The notes under the pieces: generated by a model
Told to the model about the DNA's origin: nothing
The model's database searches: none
The model's input: the letters and a program-made list of their open reading frames with translations, nothing else
Made by a program: the position numbers and the translations under genes
In this document: positions 1 to 12,340 of the stretch, one piece after another
Numbering within the stretch: the first letter of the stretch is position 1
Layout: each line of letters begins with the position of its first letter
Assembly: GCA_001244265.2 (NCBI GenBank)
Contig: CDLV01000007.1
Span: forward strand, 186,001-250,000
Direction of reading: 5' to 3'
Length of the DNA stretch: 64,000 nt
Origin: Microbotryum violaceum
Lineage: Eukaryota

Positions 1-1142
1 TGAGCCGTTGGTGCGATGAAATAGAGGCAACAGTGGATGCGGGTGTCGACGATGTACTTGTCACGCATTGCGGTCAGCTCCTTGCGCAGGTACGCCGAGT
101 GTTGGTCCTTGATGTACTTGATGATCGGGTCCCAGCTGTGCGACCACGTTCAACGGAAAGGTGTCAGAATTCGCTAGTGACCTAGCGTCGTGCGCATACA
201 CGCACCATCCCTCGTTGTTGATCAAATCCCCGTAGCCAGGCGTATCGACAATGTTCAAACGCAGCTTGACATTGTTCTCCTGGACGACTGTACCAAGCAC
301 CAGTTCGCATAAAATCAGCCTCTTTGCCGCACCACTGCCGCACTCTCCACCACGCTCAGCTCACTATGGGACACGGCCTGGATCTCGGTCGTCTGTCGAA
401 CGGGTTCGTCCGGCTCGAAGCGTCCCTTGGTGTCGATCAGGTGGGACGCAAAGATGGTGTTGATCAGGGTCGACTTGCCGAGTCCGGTTTGGCCTGCAGA
501 TAGACAGGGAGGTAGGTGATGGGCAGGCGGGTCGAAGGTGAGGAGTGAGTCGGGGTAAACAGTGTTAGTGCCACATCGAGCATCCTGTATTATCCCCATC
601 CTATCGAGTCCATGTGGCGTGCCGCACGTGGCCCCAGAGCACGGGTAAGGGAGGAGGTCCGAGCGCGGGCGAGCGACGGAGGTGCGATGCCCCTACTGCG
701 ACTCCTCTCAGCCTCTACAGCCTTCCCATAACGTCCCTATGTTTTGCTCATGTGCACGTCCATCTCAAAGGGGGGAGGACTGTCTGGTTGACGCACCAAC
801 GGCGATGACATTGAATTGGAAGCCGCGCTGTGAGACACACGTCACAGTCAGCTCCCCTGCGCCCCCTCCAGTTCAGTTCTAACGAGGTGGTCCCGACTGA
901 CCTTGAGCAACTTGTGTTCAATCTGGCGAGTGATCGAATCGAAGCCGACACTGAGGGTGAGTTCCGCAGCGCAAGGCACGGACAGGATTCGACCACGCGA
1001 TGATGGGGGCGGCACGCGTGTCAGTCAAGCTACGCGGCAGGCAGGTCACACCAGACTACAGCGAGGGGCAGTTGTGCACTGACTAGGAGTTGAGTCGGGT
1101 AATGTCGGCCGAGACTTGTGGGGCAACATCAACGAGGGCCAT
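1..1142 (-). CDS. CDC10: Septin, CDC10 group (5' part; gene runs off the left edge)
   Basis: Spliced exons read MALVDVAPQVSADITRLNSY|VGFDSITRQIEHKLLK|RGFQFNVIAVG|QTGLGKSTLINTIFASHL...|VQENNVKLRLNIVDTPGYGDLINNEG|WDPIIKYIKDQHSAYLRKELTAMRDKYIVDTRIHCCLYFI. These contain the septin G1 (GxTGLGKST) and G3 (DTPGYGD) motifs, joined by GT-AG introns. Confidence 0.9.
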
Positions 1143-3419
1143 TTTGGGGGATGGGAGATGGGGGATGGGATGATGGTGCGGTGGGAGAAAGGCAGGGAAG
1201 CGCGCTCATGATGGGCACCGGGTGAGCGCCGAAAAGAGGCTCGAGCGCAGCGCCGGTGCCAGGTACTGCCGAGACAGTGATCGGCGCTGTACATGTGACA
1301 AGTTAGACTCGGAGAAGCTACATAGTTCTAGTTCAAGACGGGTTCAACTGCACTGAGAGATAAGCCCAATTATCCGAGCTCGGCATGATTTACTGCATTC
1401 CCGGGCCGAACATCCATCCAACCTCCGACTTTACGGACGCCCAAACTCCAGCGCAGGTTGGCAGCGAAGCCTTGCCCACCCCTTAAGTTCCTCAAATCGA
1501 CGAGGAGGACACGACCAATCCTCCCTTCGAAGGACCTGTTCTCTTGGCCAACTCAGGAGGTAGAGCCCATCACCCTCGATCTCCACTCTGCGATTGCTCC
1601 ATGAGGTTCAACTCAATCTTGTGTGCGTCAAAATATTCGTCGGCGTCGACCGTGGCTCTCGCCATGATAACAGTCCAAAAGGAACTCGCTCGAATCTCTC
1701 CAACAACTCCCCATCCTTATACAAATCATCTCACGTCCATACGTCCCCACCACATTCCAAATTGTCGTACGCATCTGGTACTCTTTGTGCTATGCCCGCC
1801 AGCACAGTCGCGCTCGACTCACTCCCAAAGTTCCAGGCCTCCTCTGATCCGCTAGGACGATTTCCACCGGTAATGTCATTCTAGCTCATCCGAGCAACAA
1901 AAGTCGACAGCTCCTCTCGAAGATGGCATCTTGGCGGTACCGACGCCGACTACGATGGGCGACTTGCTCAAGTTCTTGTTCCCATCGAGCCCGTAGCACC
2001 CTTTCGACGCCGCGAATTCGGAGGCCGGGCGTTCAGCTCCGATTGCTCTCGGACGTTGCCCACGAGAGATTGACCCCTCCTCAACCTCTCACAGGCGCAT
2101 CACAAGACTCGTCCTTGGTCCATCGGGTCCTCTACTCATCGTTCGAGGGCGGTATTCCAAGCTTCCCTCTGTCAGAGACCGCCGACGTATAGCCGACTAG
2201 AACATTTTTACACCGACGCCGAATGATCAGAGATGCAAAAGTCGGCTTGGACCTCACACCAGTTTGAGGTCTAAATTCAAGCGCTCTTGGGCATCTACTC
2301 AGGTAGTACAGCTCATCTTCTAACCTCCGGTGGCCATGGATCAAATTTAAAGTCGAATGCCTCGCTCCTTGTCTCGTCTCAATAACTTCAGAGAACCCGT
2401 TCCCCGCCATCTGACTCTGACCGGAGTCGAATCACAACCTGGCCGGAACGACTGAGACCGGCTAAGTTTGCGATCCTTTGTGGCAAGCGATCCTACTAAG
2501 CAACACGAAGCTTCGCGGAGTCCACGAGCACAGATACATCCTATATGTTCAAAGATGGTAGCTTCCAATGATGCGCGTTCGATCGCTATCGAATACTTTG
2601 TCTATGCCGAGATCGCCCCTATAGGCTTTCCCCACCATTGCGCAGTCGTCGTTCCCCCAGCTGCATGGGCTGTACCGCAGTGGCGCGCATGAACACGCGT
2701 GTTTCCTCGTCTAGAAGGACCCTCTGGGAAATCCGAGTCGCTCAAAGAGATCTCACTGGCAATATCGGGAGTTGCGCAAAAGGACTCGGTGCGTCTAGGC
2801 GGCGTGGCGGTGATGAACGCTGTTGGCCACCCATTTCCCGGCTGAGAAGAGTCAGTGTTTCCTGATCAGAACCAGTCAACTCTACAACGCATTCTGCGAG
2901 ATATTAGAAGCCGAGGCTTTGGAGGCCGAGGCTTTGAAACACGCTGGGAACGACTGTAGAGAGTACTATCCGATGCTGTGCCGACGAGCGGCGCTTTATC
3001 GTCGACTGGAGCGCAGCGGGGCTCAAAACCCCTGAAATGTAAGCGCGAAGGCCCACGAGAAAACTAACGCTTTAGTGTCTTCCGATCGTACATGATGTGA
3101 TGATCTGATCTTCTCATTCAGATGATAGAAGAAAGAAGAAGGTCGTTATTTCTGCCTCCTCCTTCCGCATGCACCAATCTTGTCATAGCCCCTCCGCTGA
3201 TGACTTTCTAATAGGGAGCCACACCTCCGCTCGTACAGTCCAGGACAACCCTGCTATGTCCGACAATGATCATCAATACCATGCTATTCGAAGCATGTAT
3301 TCGGAAACGTAAAGTAGTGCTGCGCTTACTCCAAAGGTACAGTGTGTTGCTGATAAGCAGGAGGCAAGTGCGCCGTCGTTTTGGGATCTCTGCGCTCGTG
3401 CAGCTGATGCTGACGTCAT

Positions 3420-5180
3420 TCATTCCCCACCTGGAGCAGTCGCCTTGACTGTTCTCAATCGACGTGGACGCCATCGATTAGGCGATGGCAGAGTTGCCTC
3501 ACCCCAATCGATCAAAGCAAGCGAGCCGTCCGGGCGGCGAAGGATGTTTGCTGCTCGCTCATCTCCATGGTAGAGCCCTGCGGAGGCGACCTGTGCGAAC
3601 GCAGCGCTGAGCACGAGCAGGAAGAAGCCAAGATGTGCGCAGATCAGATGCAGAAACGGTCGATCGAATACGCATCACTGTCTCACTCACGAGGTCTCGC
3701 TTTTTCAGTTCTGCGTCAGCCTCCCATTCGATCGTTCTGAGTTGTTCGCCAGCGTGGTCGAACACAAATATGTAAGCAGTTCCCGCCGGCCCGCTCCTGT
3801 AAAGCCCGTGGAACTTGGGGAAGAAGGCCTGCGTGGCCGGAGGAAGCGAGGGCACGATATGGGTGTAGACAAAGTACTCGCGAGCAATCGAGGTGGCGTA
3901 CTTGTCCAAGACAACCTTGGCCACGAGCTGAGCGCCTGGAGCGTCTGGAGCGTTCGTTGCTCCGCTTCGAGGACTGGTGACGTGAGCAGCAGCAGCGCCG
4001 ATTGGGGTCCATCGAGCGGACCACACCGTACTGGTGCGGCCGTGCCCAATTCGCTGGACCAGGTCAAGTCGAAGTTCGAGCGACACAGGTGCGGTCCTGT
4101 TCCAGGGCACTGGTACGGCTTGACCTGGCCAATAATCGCCGGACAAATATAGCTTGATCTGCAAACAGTTCAACATCGTACTTAGAGAGCGTCCTCAAAA
4201 AACAGTCTCCCGTAAAAGTTGAAATGGCTTACGTCGCTGCAGTCGAGCTCAACCGGGGAAGCGAGCATGCGTGATTCGGCGAAGCCTTCCGCGTCGCAGA
4301 TGATCTGTTACAAGCCTTGCTAGTATAGTCAGGACCCAGCGACTCAACGCGGCGCCCGGCCTTCCGGGCGAACTCACCGATCCCTTTGGGATGTGTCGCA
4401 GCGAGACCGAGGTGACACTCCCGTTTAAGAACGGCAGCGACGCGTTGCCCGGGTCCATCTCCGAGTGTTCGGAAGCTGGCCGGTCGACGGGATCGGCTTC
4501 GTTTTGGAGCGGCCCGCATCCGTCCAGAGTTCGAGAGTGAGGGTGGTCCCGCCCTCGAGCGTGATCGCGGAGCCTCTGCGTGACGGCTTCGGAAGGGCCG
4601 GGAATGGCGAAACTTGGGTGGCAAGAGAGTAGGAGCGCGACGAGTACGGCGAGGAAAGGTCGGCTAGTCGCAACCGGGTCATCTGGCTCGAGAACAAACG
4701 AGTCCAAGGCGCCGTACAAGAGGAACGTTTGCCCATCGATGACCACTGGCGACGGCAGAGCTCGTTCACGATCAGCTAAGCGCTCGTCAGAGACCTCTTG
4801 TGAATGAACTCTGGACGGTCCAAGGAGGCAAGGAAGCAGGACTGACCAAGCTCAGCAAGAACAAAGTAGGGGGTCGCGTAAAACAGGCCGAAGCGTCCGA
4901 CACCAGCGGACAGGATATGTTGTGACATCCACCAGAACATGACGAACGTTGACGAGGGCGGTTAGTGAGTAAAACGTACACCAGTTGCTCCTGCTCTCGC
5001 GCCCAGTCTCGCCTACTTGTGCCACCATCGCCGAAACTCCTTCCAGGGCCTGATCTTGGCCCTCAGCATCGACAATGCGCATCTCGACGGGCTCCCAGTC
5101 GTCGGGACCAGTAGGCGATCTTGCTCCCTCACCAGTGTTCGCGATTCGCTTGCGCTCATGGAGTGGCTTCAGCGCTTTAT
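3420..5180 (-). pseudogene. 3' part of a fungal protein with a C-terminal protein-kinase-like domain; the 5' end is cut off at the transposon repeat array
   Basis: Kinase-like motifs occur in order across spliced exons: IGHGRTSTVW (Gly loop), LVAKVV (VAIK-like), IAREYFVY (alphaC Glu), LYHGDERAANIL (catalytic loop) and LIDWGEA (DFG-like). The upstream frame stays open (KALKPLHERKRIANTGEG...) until it runs into the repeat array at ~5180. Confidence 0.6.
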
Positions 5181-5650
5181 TACCGGAATTAACACCTGGG
5201 TATTGTCCCGAGCGCGCCTGGGTAATACCCAGCTGACGGGTAATACCCAGGCGCGCGGTATTAACCCCACGTCGGGCATTAACTCTCTGACGGGTATTAC
5301 CTATCTCCGCGGGTAATACCCAGCCGACGGGGAATACCCGGGCGCGCGGTAATACCCCCCAGCCGGGTATTACCCATCTCTCTCGGCAATACCCAGCTTA
5401 CGGGTAATACCCAGTTGAGGGGTAATACCCGGCTGGGGGTTAATACCCAGCTGAACGGGGTTAATACCCAGCTGAAGGGGGGTAATACCCAGCTTAAGGA
5501 GTAATAACCAGGCGCGCGGTAATACCCCCCAGCCGGGTATTAACTTTGACATGGGTAACATCTGCCTGGATGGTTATTCCCCCGGCCTCCGGGTTTCTTC
5601 TGTACGTGCAGCGTAGTTACTACCGGGTCCGGGTTGTTACCACCGCAATA
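5181..5650. repeat. Left subterminal repeat array of near-palindromic GGGTAATACCC / GGGTATTACCC units
   Basis: Roughly twenty variant copies by eye, spaced about 18-21 bp. A ~30 bp direct repeat CGCGCGGTAATACCCCCCAGCCGGGTATTA occurs at ~5343 and ~5513. Confidence 0.9.
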
Positions 5651-5734
5651 CCACCACTCGGATGTCTAGAACTTCTCTGTAACACTCTTGCCTCTGGCAG
5701 TGGATGAAACAGACGAGTGAAGGAAGCCAGTGTA

Positions 5735-8700
5735 TTATTCCAGGTTCAGAAAATTGGGCCGAGCTTCGTCATCCATCCGGTCAAAGATGTACTCCCGGGA
5801 CTCCTCTCGACCAACCCTCCGATGTATGCGACCAGCTGAGCCCAGGATGCACCGCAGATCCACAATCTCGACCGCTCCTGAAGCACGTTTACCTTGAGTG
5901 AAGAACAAATTCTGATGCTTGTGCCCTCCTACAACAGACAAAGCCTTCCTCTTTTGCCGCTTTGGCGTCGGCTTGGCAATCGGGGCCCGTTCGACCGTGT
6001 CGACAGGTTGCAAGTGGCTCAAACCAAGCGACCGTACCTTCCCAAGCAGGAAGTTCTATGAAGCGAGAGGAATGTGTCAGGGTCGTAAGGCCGCCTGGCA
6101 CAACCAAGTGCGAATGCGCGCACCTGCTCCCCATATTGGAACTCATAAATCGCCAAAAGTTGACCAAAATTGTAAGGCCCGTGCGCCTGGGCCTTATGAG
6201 AAGGGAGCGCGCGCCTGGACACTCTTAGTCTCCCCTCAGCGACTAACACGAGTGTCCAGGTGAGCCTATGGTGGATCAGAAGTCATAGTCATTACAGCGA
6301 CTAACACAAGTGTCCAGTGTTAATTCCACATACTTTGGTCCTGTGATACTCTCGTCGTCGCTCTCTGGTGTACACTCCTACGGGGTGTATTACAAAAATG
6401 TCTGACACGATCGGCTCCTTCGCCTTCACGAGGGAACGCCTGAGGGTTGTCTCTTGCACGACGTCGACTACTGTCTATCAATAGTTCGTAATGAAAATGC
6501 TTCCTCAGCGTAACTGTAATCGTAACCTGGTACTATAACTTACTGAGATCCATGAAGCATCCCGTGTGTATGCAGAAACTCTTGCATGCTTTGACAGTCG
6601 CTCCGCTGCCGCAATCCGGTCCCGTCCAGAGTCCATGCGGTAGCCTTCAAAAGAATTGATCGACAAGCTCAAAATTGATGTCCTGATTGCGTCAACCTAT
6701 GCGGCAGTGAGCCGCAGATTAGCAATTCGAAATGCCGGATGGATCTGAACCAAATGTGAATACGCACCTTTCGCTTGAAGACCACAGGGGCCAGCTGACC
6801 AAACAATTCGCGTGCAATGAATTGCGCAACTCGCATTACATCGTTGATACCCGGTCCCTGCTTCAGCTTGTCACTGCGCCGTCCGTAAAGACCCAAAGCT
6901 TCGGCCCCCGAGTCCCCATTTTCACTCGAAGCTTGTCGTGATGCGACCGCGGACGAACCGCGCATTTGATCTCCCGTTGCGTTCATGAACAACCCCCGTG
7001 ACTGTTGCATCTGCTCGAGCTCCATCTGCTTGTCCTGCTGATGCTTCATCAGTGCCGGTACAGTGATGGGATAAGAGAAGCGAGGAAAGCGCGAACACGC
7101 CATTTGCAAAGCAGCATCTGCACACACATCTGCATGGGTTACAGAGAAGTGGTCAGAGATTTTACATCGCAATCAACTCTTATTCCTTGGGTAGAGCATT
7201 ACTTACAACGATTCACTGCTTCATCTGGTAGACGATGAGCCTTGCTTGCGACACGCTTGACCGTTTGGTTGAGCCGCTCCATGGCAAAGCACCAAGTCAT
7301 GGCAGGTGGCCCATGCCATTCGATGAAATCGGCTATGTGTAAGACCGCATGAACCGAGTGCGGCAGATTGATCAAGTGAGCTGATTTCCCTGAGTAATAT
7401 AATCTGAAGCCGAGGTAAACAAGGCAGATTAGGGTCAGATGACTGAGGTCCTTCAGGGAAGAGTGGCACCGTGAGGGCTTACGATTCAAACTCGGTACAC
7501 CAGGAGGCTATGTCACGTCGAAGAGCGCCATCCTTGGCTACATCCTCCTTGTTGATTGTCATAGCCATGCAATCTTTAACCCACCTCCGAAGCGCCAGGA
7601 AGTGGGCGAAATATTTGGCGGGCAGTCGATCATGAAGAACACAGGGGCCAACATAGAGAATCCAGTTCGACCAATCCTCTGCAGTCATTGCTCCAGTCTG
7701 TAGGTGGATGTTGGGCATCTTTCGAGAGAATAGGCTGGGTATTGTCTTTGCGCCGTTGGTAATTTCCTGGCCAATGACCTCCCATATTTTGTTTGGTATC
7801 ACCCAGTCAGGTAAGTCGGTCCCAAGCGCTTCGTCTACTGCGGCCGCGGACGTCGTTGCTTCTGCACTAGCCGCCGATGTCACCTTTCCTTGCGCGGATC
7901 TGCCTCTCTGAGCTTGTGGCGCCTGAGTCTTGTAACCCTTTGATTTCTGAGCCGCCAAGTCACCATGCCACATATTGAAGAGCTTTCGAGCGACGTTTTC
8001 GAAGACAGCGTGCATGAAGTCTGAAGGTCCGTCTTGATGAAGCGAAAATCCAGGAAGGTGAGCCGCCGAGCTCAGCTTGCTGAGGCCGAATGTAGGATTT
8101 TTTTCGATGCCGCTTCGCGGATCGTTGCTTCCGAACGCATGGGAAGATCCAAAGCGGTCAGATCAGATCGGTTCGCATGCGATGAGTCGAGAGGCATCTT
8201 GAGGGGTAGTAGTTGTGATTGTGGGCAGCAGCGCATGGAACTCCTTGAATGAGGCAGACTCGGCAAGGCCATTTGGCGGTTGGACCCTTGAAACCAAGCA
8301 TCTTTGAGAGAGCAGGTCCGTCGCCTCCAATCACGTGTATGAACCATCGCTGTCGCACCATGGTCTGTCAATGCGGCAATGTGCATCAGTCTCCACGGGG
8401 CGGAGGATATGCAGGACTTAGCTCGGCGACGCTATTACACACCTCTGTAACACCGTCAAAGACCATGTGTCCGTTTCTAGCCGATGCTCGAGCATCTTCG
8501 TATAGGGGATGAAGAAATGAATCAATGTCTTTGGGGCCCTTGGGGCCGGGTATGATGCCGACGGTCATGAGATGCTTCTTCTTGTAACGTATCTCTGGCG
8601 GTAGGTTGTAATTGATCATCATGATTGGCCAGCATTCGCTCTGAGTCTTGTTGAATAGTTGAATGCCATCGGTGAACAGCCCGAACCCGACGTCGACATC

Positions 8701-10184
8701 GTTCTCATAATACTTGACGTTGATTGTAGAGACGGTCGGTTGGGATGCACCTGCGATAGGTGGGTTCGTCCATGATATGTTCTGATCCAGCTTCTCGCGA
8801 TAACGATCACCGTCAAATAAGTCCACGACCTCTTGAGGATCTCGATTGCGCTCAAAGTCGGATCGATAACGCATCAAGGAGGCGTACACTCGATCGCGCA
8901 GGTAGATGTTTAAGTACACGTCGGGCGGCAGGTACAGAAATGTATTTTGAGGATGGCCATTTTGATCCAGTTTTGGCGAATTGCATACTGGACAACGTGT
9001 CAATGCTTCTCTCGGCCCAGTGAAAGCAACACAGGTCTTGACGCAGCAGGGTATCCGAACAGGCTTCAAGCCTAAATCGACGAACTGTCAGCGAACACTG
9101 CGCTTTCAAGATCAAGAATGGAATGCAGCCCAACTACTTACCTGTCAATGCAAACACTCGAGCACGTACTTTCTGCAAACTAGGCCGACTCCCAAGTACC
9201 TCCCAGATTTTGCTCGCCTGGCGCGTCATGTTTTACATATGTCGAAAAGAAAAGTGTACAGTGTGTCCACGTCGTAGTACGGGAGAGCCTTGGCTGAAGG
9301 CAATGGAGCAGAGGTTCACATCAGGGACGCAGCACTCGCCTACTCACTAGCAACATTCAATACATGATATGAATCTCATCCAACCCGATCTCTTGGCGAA
9401 CTTCCTCCTTTGCCACTGCGCGCTCCTGGGAGCTGGACAATCGGGATGTGGTGGGTGTGTTGTAGACACCATTGGCATCCAACCGTTGATCCGCTCCCCA
9501 AAGTTCCTCGACGACAAGTGGATCGTCGTCGTCGAATGGGAGCGAGCTCGAACTGTAATTGTCGAGGGGCTGCAGGGCGGGGGATGTCGTCTCCAAAGCG
9601 GAAGTCATTTCAAACAGTTGTGTCTGGCGAAGTACGTCTTGGTCCGACTCCAGTGCATGGCCTTCGAAACTGCCCATTGACCCCCCCGTCCAAGAAGCTC
9701 GCTCGAAATCGTAATCGCCTTCAGGGATCTGGGGAAGCTCGGGGCTGATGTTCATACTGAATTCTTCGCTCTCGTAGGGCAGCGATGGTGAGTTTGGTGC
9801 ATCGGTGTGCGAAATATTACTCGAGACGCTGCCATAGGCTTGTGTGTCGTTTGAAAGCGCCGAGTCATTAAGCTGAGCGCCCATCGAAGAACCGACGAAC
9901 GCCTTTCGCGACACGATTCGCTCTGCGGATTGGGTATATTTTTGTGGCGAGCGGGTTGCGAACCAACTGGGTGTAGGTCGTGGGGGCTGTAATAATTGAG
10001 ACTGGGGACCAGGCGGTGCTAGAAGCATCGATGGCTGCCGCGGTACCTCGAGAATGGCAGCCTCTTCGGTAGCGCGGGGTCCATTAGGTTGTCGAGCGTG
10101 ATGGCGGTAGAAGGTCGCTTTTGACACTGAAGCCCCTTTGCACCAGGAACAAGGGCATGGGCGAGAGGTTGTGTTGCCCGCCAT
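5735..10184 (-). pseudogene. CACTA Tnp2-family (Transposase_21/DUF4218-like) transposase, multi-exon, with frameshift and stop lesions
   Basis: Motifs: CCVKTCVAFTG...RCPVC; LFTDGIQLF..CWPIMMINYNLPPEIRY...IIPGPKGPKDIDSFLHPL; GGDGPALSKMLGFKGPTAKWPCRVC; DFMHAVFEN; HAVLHIADFIEWHGPPAMTWCFAMER; C-terminal VEIVDLRCILGSAGRI...YIFDR. There is an apparent 1-nt frameshift in a C-run near 8203 (NYYP|LKMP) and an in-frame TGA at 8072. Confidence 0.85.
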
Positions 10185-10367
10185 GGCGGAGCGAACGAGC
10201 GGTGCACGTTTACCACCGTTGAGGGTCCGGAAGAAGACTTTGCAAAAATTGTGGCGCAGTCGTGCAGTTTGCGCGCGCGTCTTCGTTTCTCTCTTTCCCT
10301 CCTTCCGCCCACGTGTTCAGTCCTTCTCCCACCCACCATTCATCCACTGCCACACGGGAGCGCCGCA

Positions 10368-11895
10368 ATGGCAGGATCTGCATCAGAGAAGGACAAAGAG
10401 AACCAAAGACGAAATGGGAAGGGCACTGGTGAGCTCAGCATGCAGTACTTTGTTCTGATTCAAGGATTTGCTTCGCCAGGTTCGGGCTCAGGTTCGGGCT
10501 CAGGTTTGGGCTCAGCTGGTTCGGGCTCAAGCGCTCAGGCCTCAGGAGGCCTCAAGCTTGGGCCGAGTCTCGTTCGGGCTAAGTCAGCCACATTTTCGCT
10601 GACGTGTGCCGCATCGGTCCACTGCAGCCAGAAAATACATTGATGCCGACGGCATGTACGCACGAAAAGACAAGGGCAATATGCGTTTGCGTGATTGTAC
10701 TTGCAAGCGCGGGCAAATTGACAAAATCTATTACAATTGGGTTCGCGTAAGTGCCGGCAAGTCCAGCGAGCAGAGCCCCACTACCGACTAGCTCTGACAT
10801 CCCTGTGCCACTCGTAACCTTCCTCGACCCAGTCGGTGGTGCGGGACGCACTAGTAGTGGTAGGGATCAGGGCACCTACCCCGGTCCAGCTGTATGGGCC
10901 GCTTGCGGAGATCAACCAGGAGTGGTCCCCCAACCACGACCTGCCCGAAAACTACGATCTCAAGGACGCCTTCAGACTCATCTCTGCCAAAACTAGCACA
11001 AACACAGTCTTGTGGGGGAATCTCTCCCCTTTGAAGCAACGAGAAATCGTCAAGTATGTAAGTAACACGAAGCCCCCCCCCCCCGGTCGTCACCTTGTTG
11101 TGCGCTCGCTTGCGTGCTGACCCATTACTCCTCCATTGGCACTTGGTCAGATTCGCGAACGGGCTGGTTTCCTTGCGGTCACATCCGGCGACTGGCTCTA
11201 TGAAGAACTCGTCATCGATGTCTTGGCAAATATTCGGTCCGCCTGGAAATTAGCGTACGATCGCGAAATGTGCCGGCTTGCGGGAATCAAAGGTCAGCTC
11301 TCCAAAGCAGACATAGCGACACTCCGCAGCAGGCATGGTGAAGGTCCCAGTCGGAAAGTTAGCCCCTTCTTCTCAACCAGATCGGACTGGATGGTATGCA
11401 CTGATGAGACCTTGGTGACTCCTTCAGAGTCAAGACGGGGTCTATTCAGCTTCAGATACAGGCACAAGCGAGCTCGAAGAGGAAGAAGTGCTGGCAACTA
11501 GGAACAGGACCCTAGTGCCCAAGAAGCGAGGAGCGCGCCAAGGAGCAGGATCGCCACAATTGTCGCAGGAGACTCAACAAACAAGCCCCCACGTGGGTTC
11601 AAGCGGCCAACGTTCGACTCCTGCAGCCAGCGGTGTCAGAGGCCCGGGCCCGCCAAGAAACAAGAAGAAGAAGACCGAACACAATCCTAACAGAAGCCAA
11701 CAGACCAACCCAAAGAGAGACCTTGGCAACGGTCGAGCTGAAGAAGAAGAAGACGAGGATCAGGGACAGGATGAAGAAGAAGTCGAGGAATTGGAACGGT
11801 CTCCAAGGACTTGAGGAAGCGGAGCACGCGCGGCAGCTGCGGATGATTTGGATGCCAACGATCCAAACTATCCGGCTACGAGTCAAAGATGGTAA
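10368..11895 (+). CDS. Second, divergently oriented multi-exon gene inside the CACTA element (positional equivalent of TnpA/ORF2; function unknown)
   Basis: ATG at 10368, 183 bp from the transposase ATG. GT-AG introns join MAGSASEKDKENQRR.., GSGSGSG repeats, ..WGNLSPLKQREIVKY|IRERAGFLAVTSGDWLYEELVIDVLANIRSAWK.. and a basic/acidic tail. The stop is either TGA at 11812-11814 or, if that is a lesion, TAA at 11893-11895. Confidence 0.6.
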
Positions 11896-12133
11896 CGGAG
11901 GTAGACACTTGCTAGATAAATACTACAACATCTGGCATGCAATATAAAATGACTGCATTAACATTAGTAATATGAACGCGAGTATTAGTAATTTATGATA
12001 CAGACCCTAATGAGTAAGCTGATGCCAATTGAGCTCGCACTAGCATTTAATGATACAGAACCTAATGAGCAAGCTAATGTGAATTAAGCTCGATCACGCT
12101 CCCGAAAAGAGCCCCTATTGAGACTTTTGGGAT

Positions 12134-12340
12134 GGTATTACCCATTAAAATTGGAAATACCCGAACCGAAGGGAATACCGTCTGCTTGGGTAATACCCAT
12201 CTGAAGGGGTAATACCCGCTGCTTGGGTATTACCTCTGAAGGGGTAATACCCGCTGCTTGGGTATTACCCCTTCAGATGGGTATTACGCATTCTGATGGG
12301 TAATGCAGCCCAGGCAATACCCATTCAGATGGGTATTCCC
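12134..12340. repeat. Right subterminal repeat array (GGGTAATACCC / GGGTATTACC units)
   Basis: Same motif as the left array, in both orientations, ending about 20 bp inside the CAGTG terminus. Confidence 0.9.

Noticed and set aside
1300-3400. Short ORFs between the septin and the kinase-like gene
   Set aside because: No coherent exon chain or recognisable motif. This may be a decayed gene, but I cannot support a call.
4249-4251. Apparent premature TGA in the kinase-like gene (ORF 4249..4746)
   Set aside because: It is explained by an intron (~4377-4305, GTGAGT...CTGAC...CAG) that moves the true frame to IICDAEGFAESRML.
5181-5650. CRISPR-like appearance of palindromic repeats with variable linkers
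   Set aside because: The units are ~11 bp with 7-10 bp related linkers and occur in both orientations. There are no cas genes, the context is eukaryotic, and the array is mirrored at the other end of a CACTA element.
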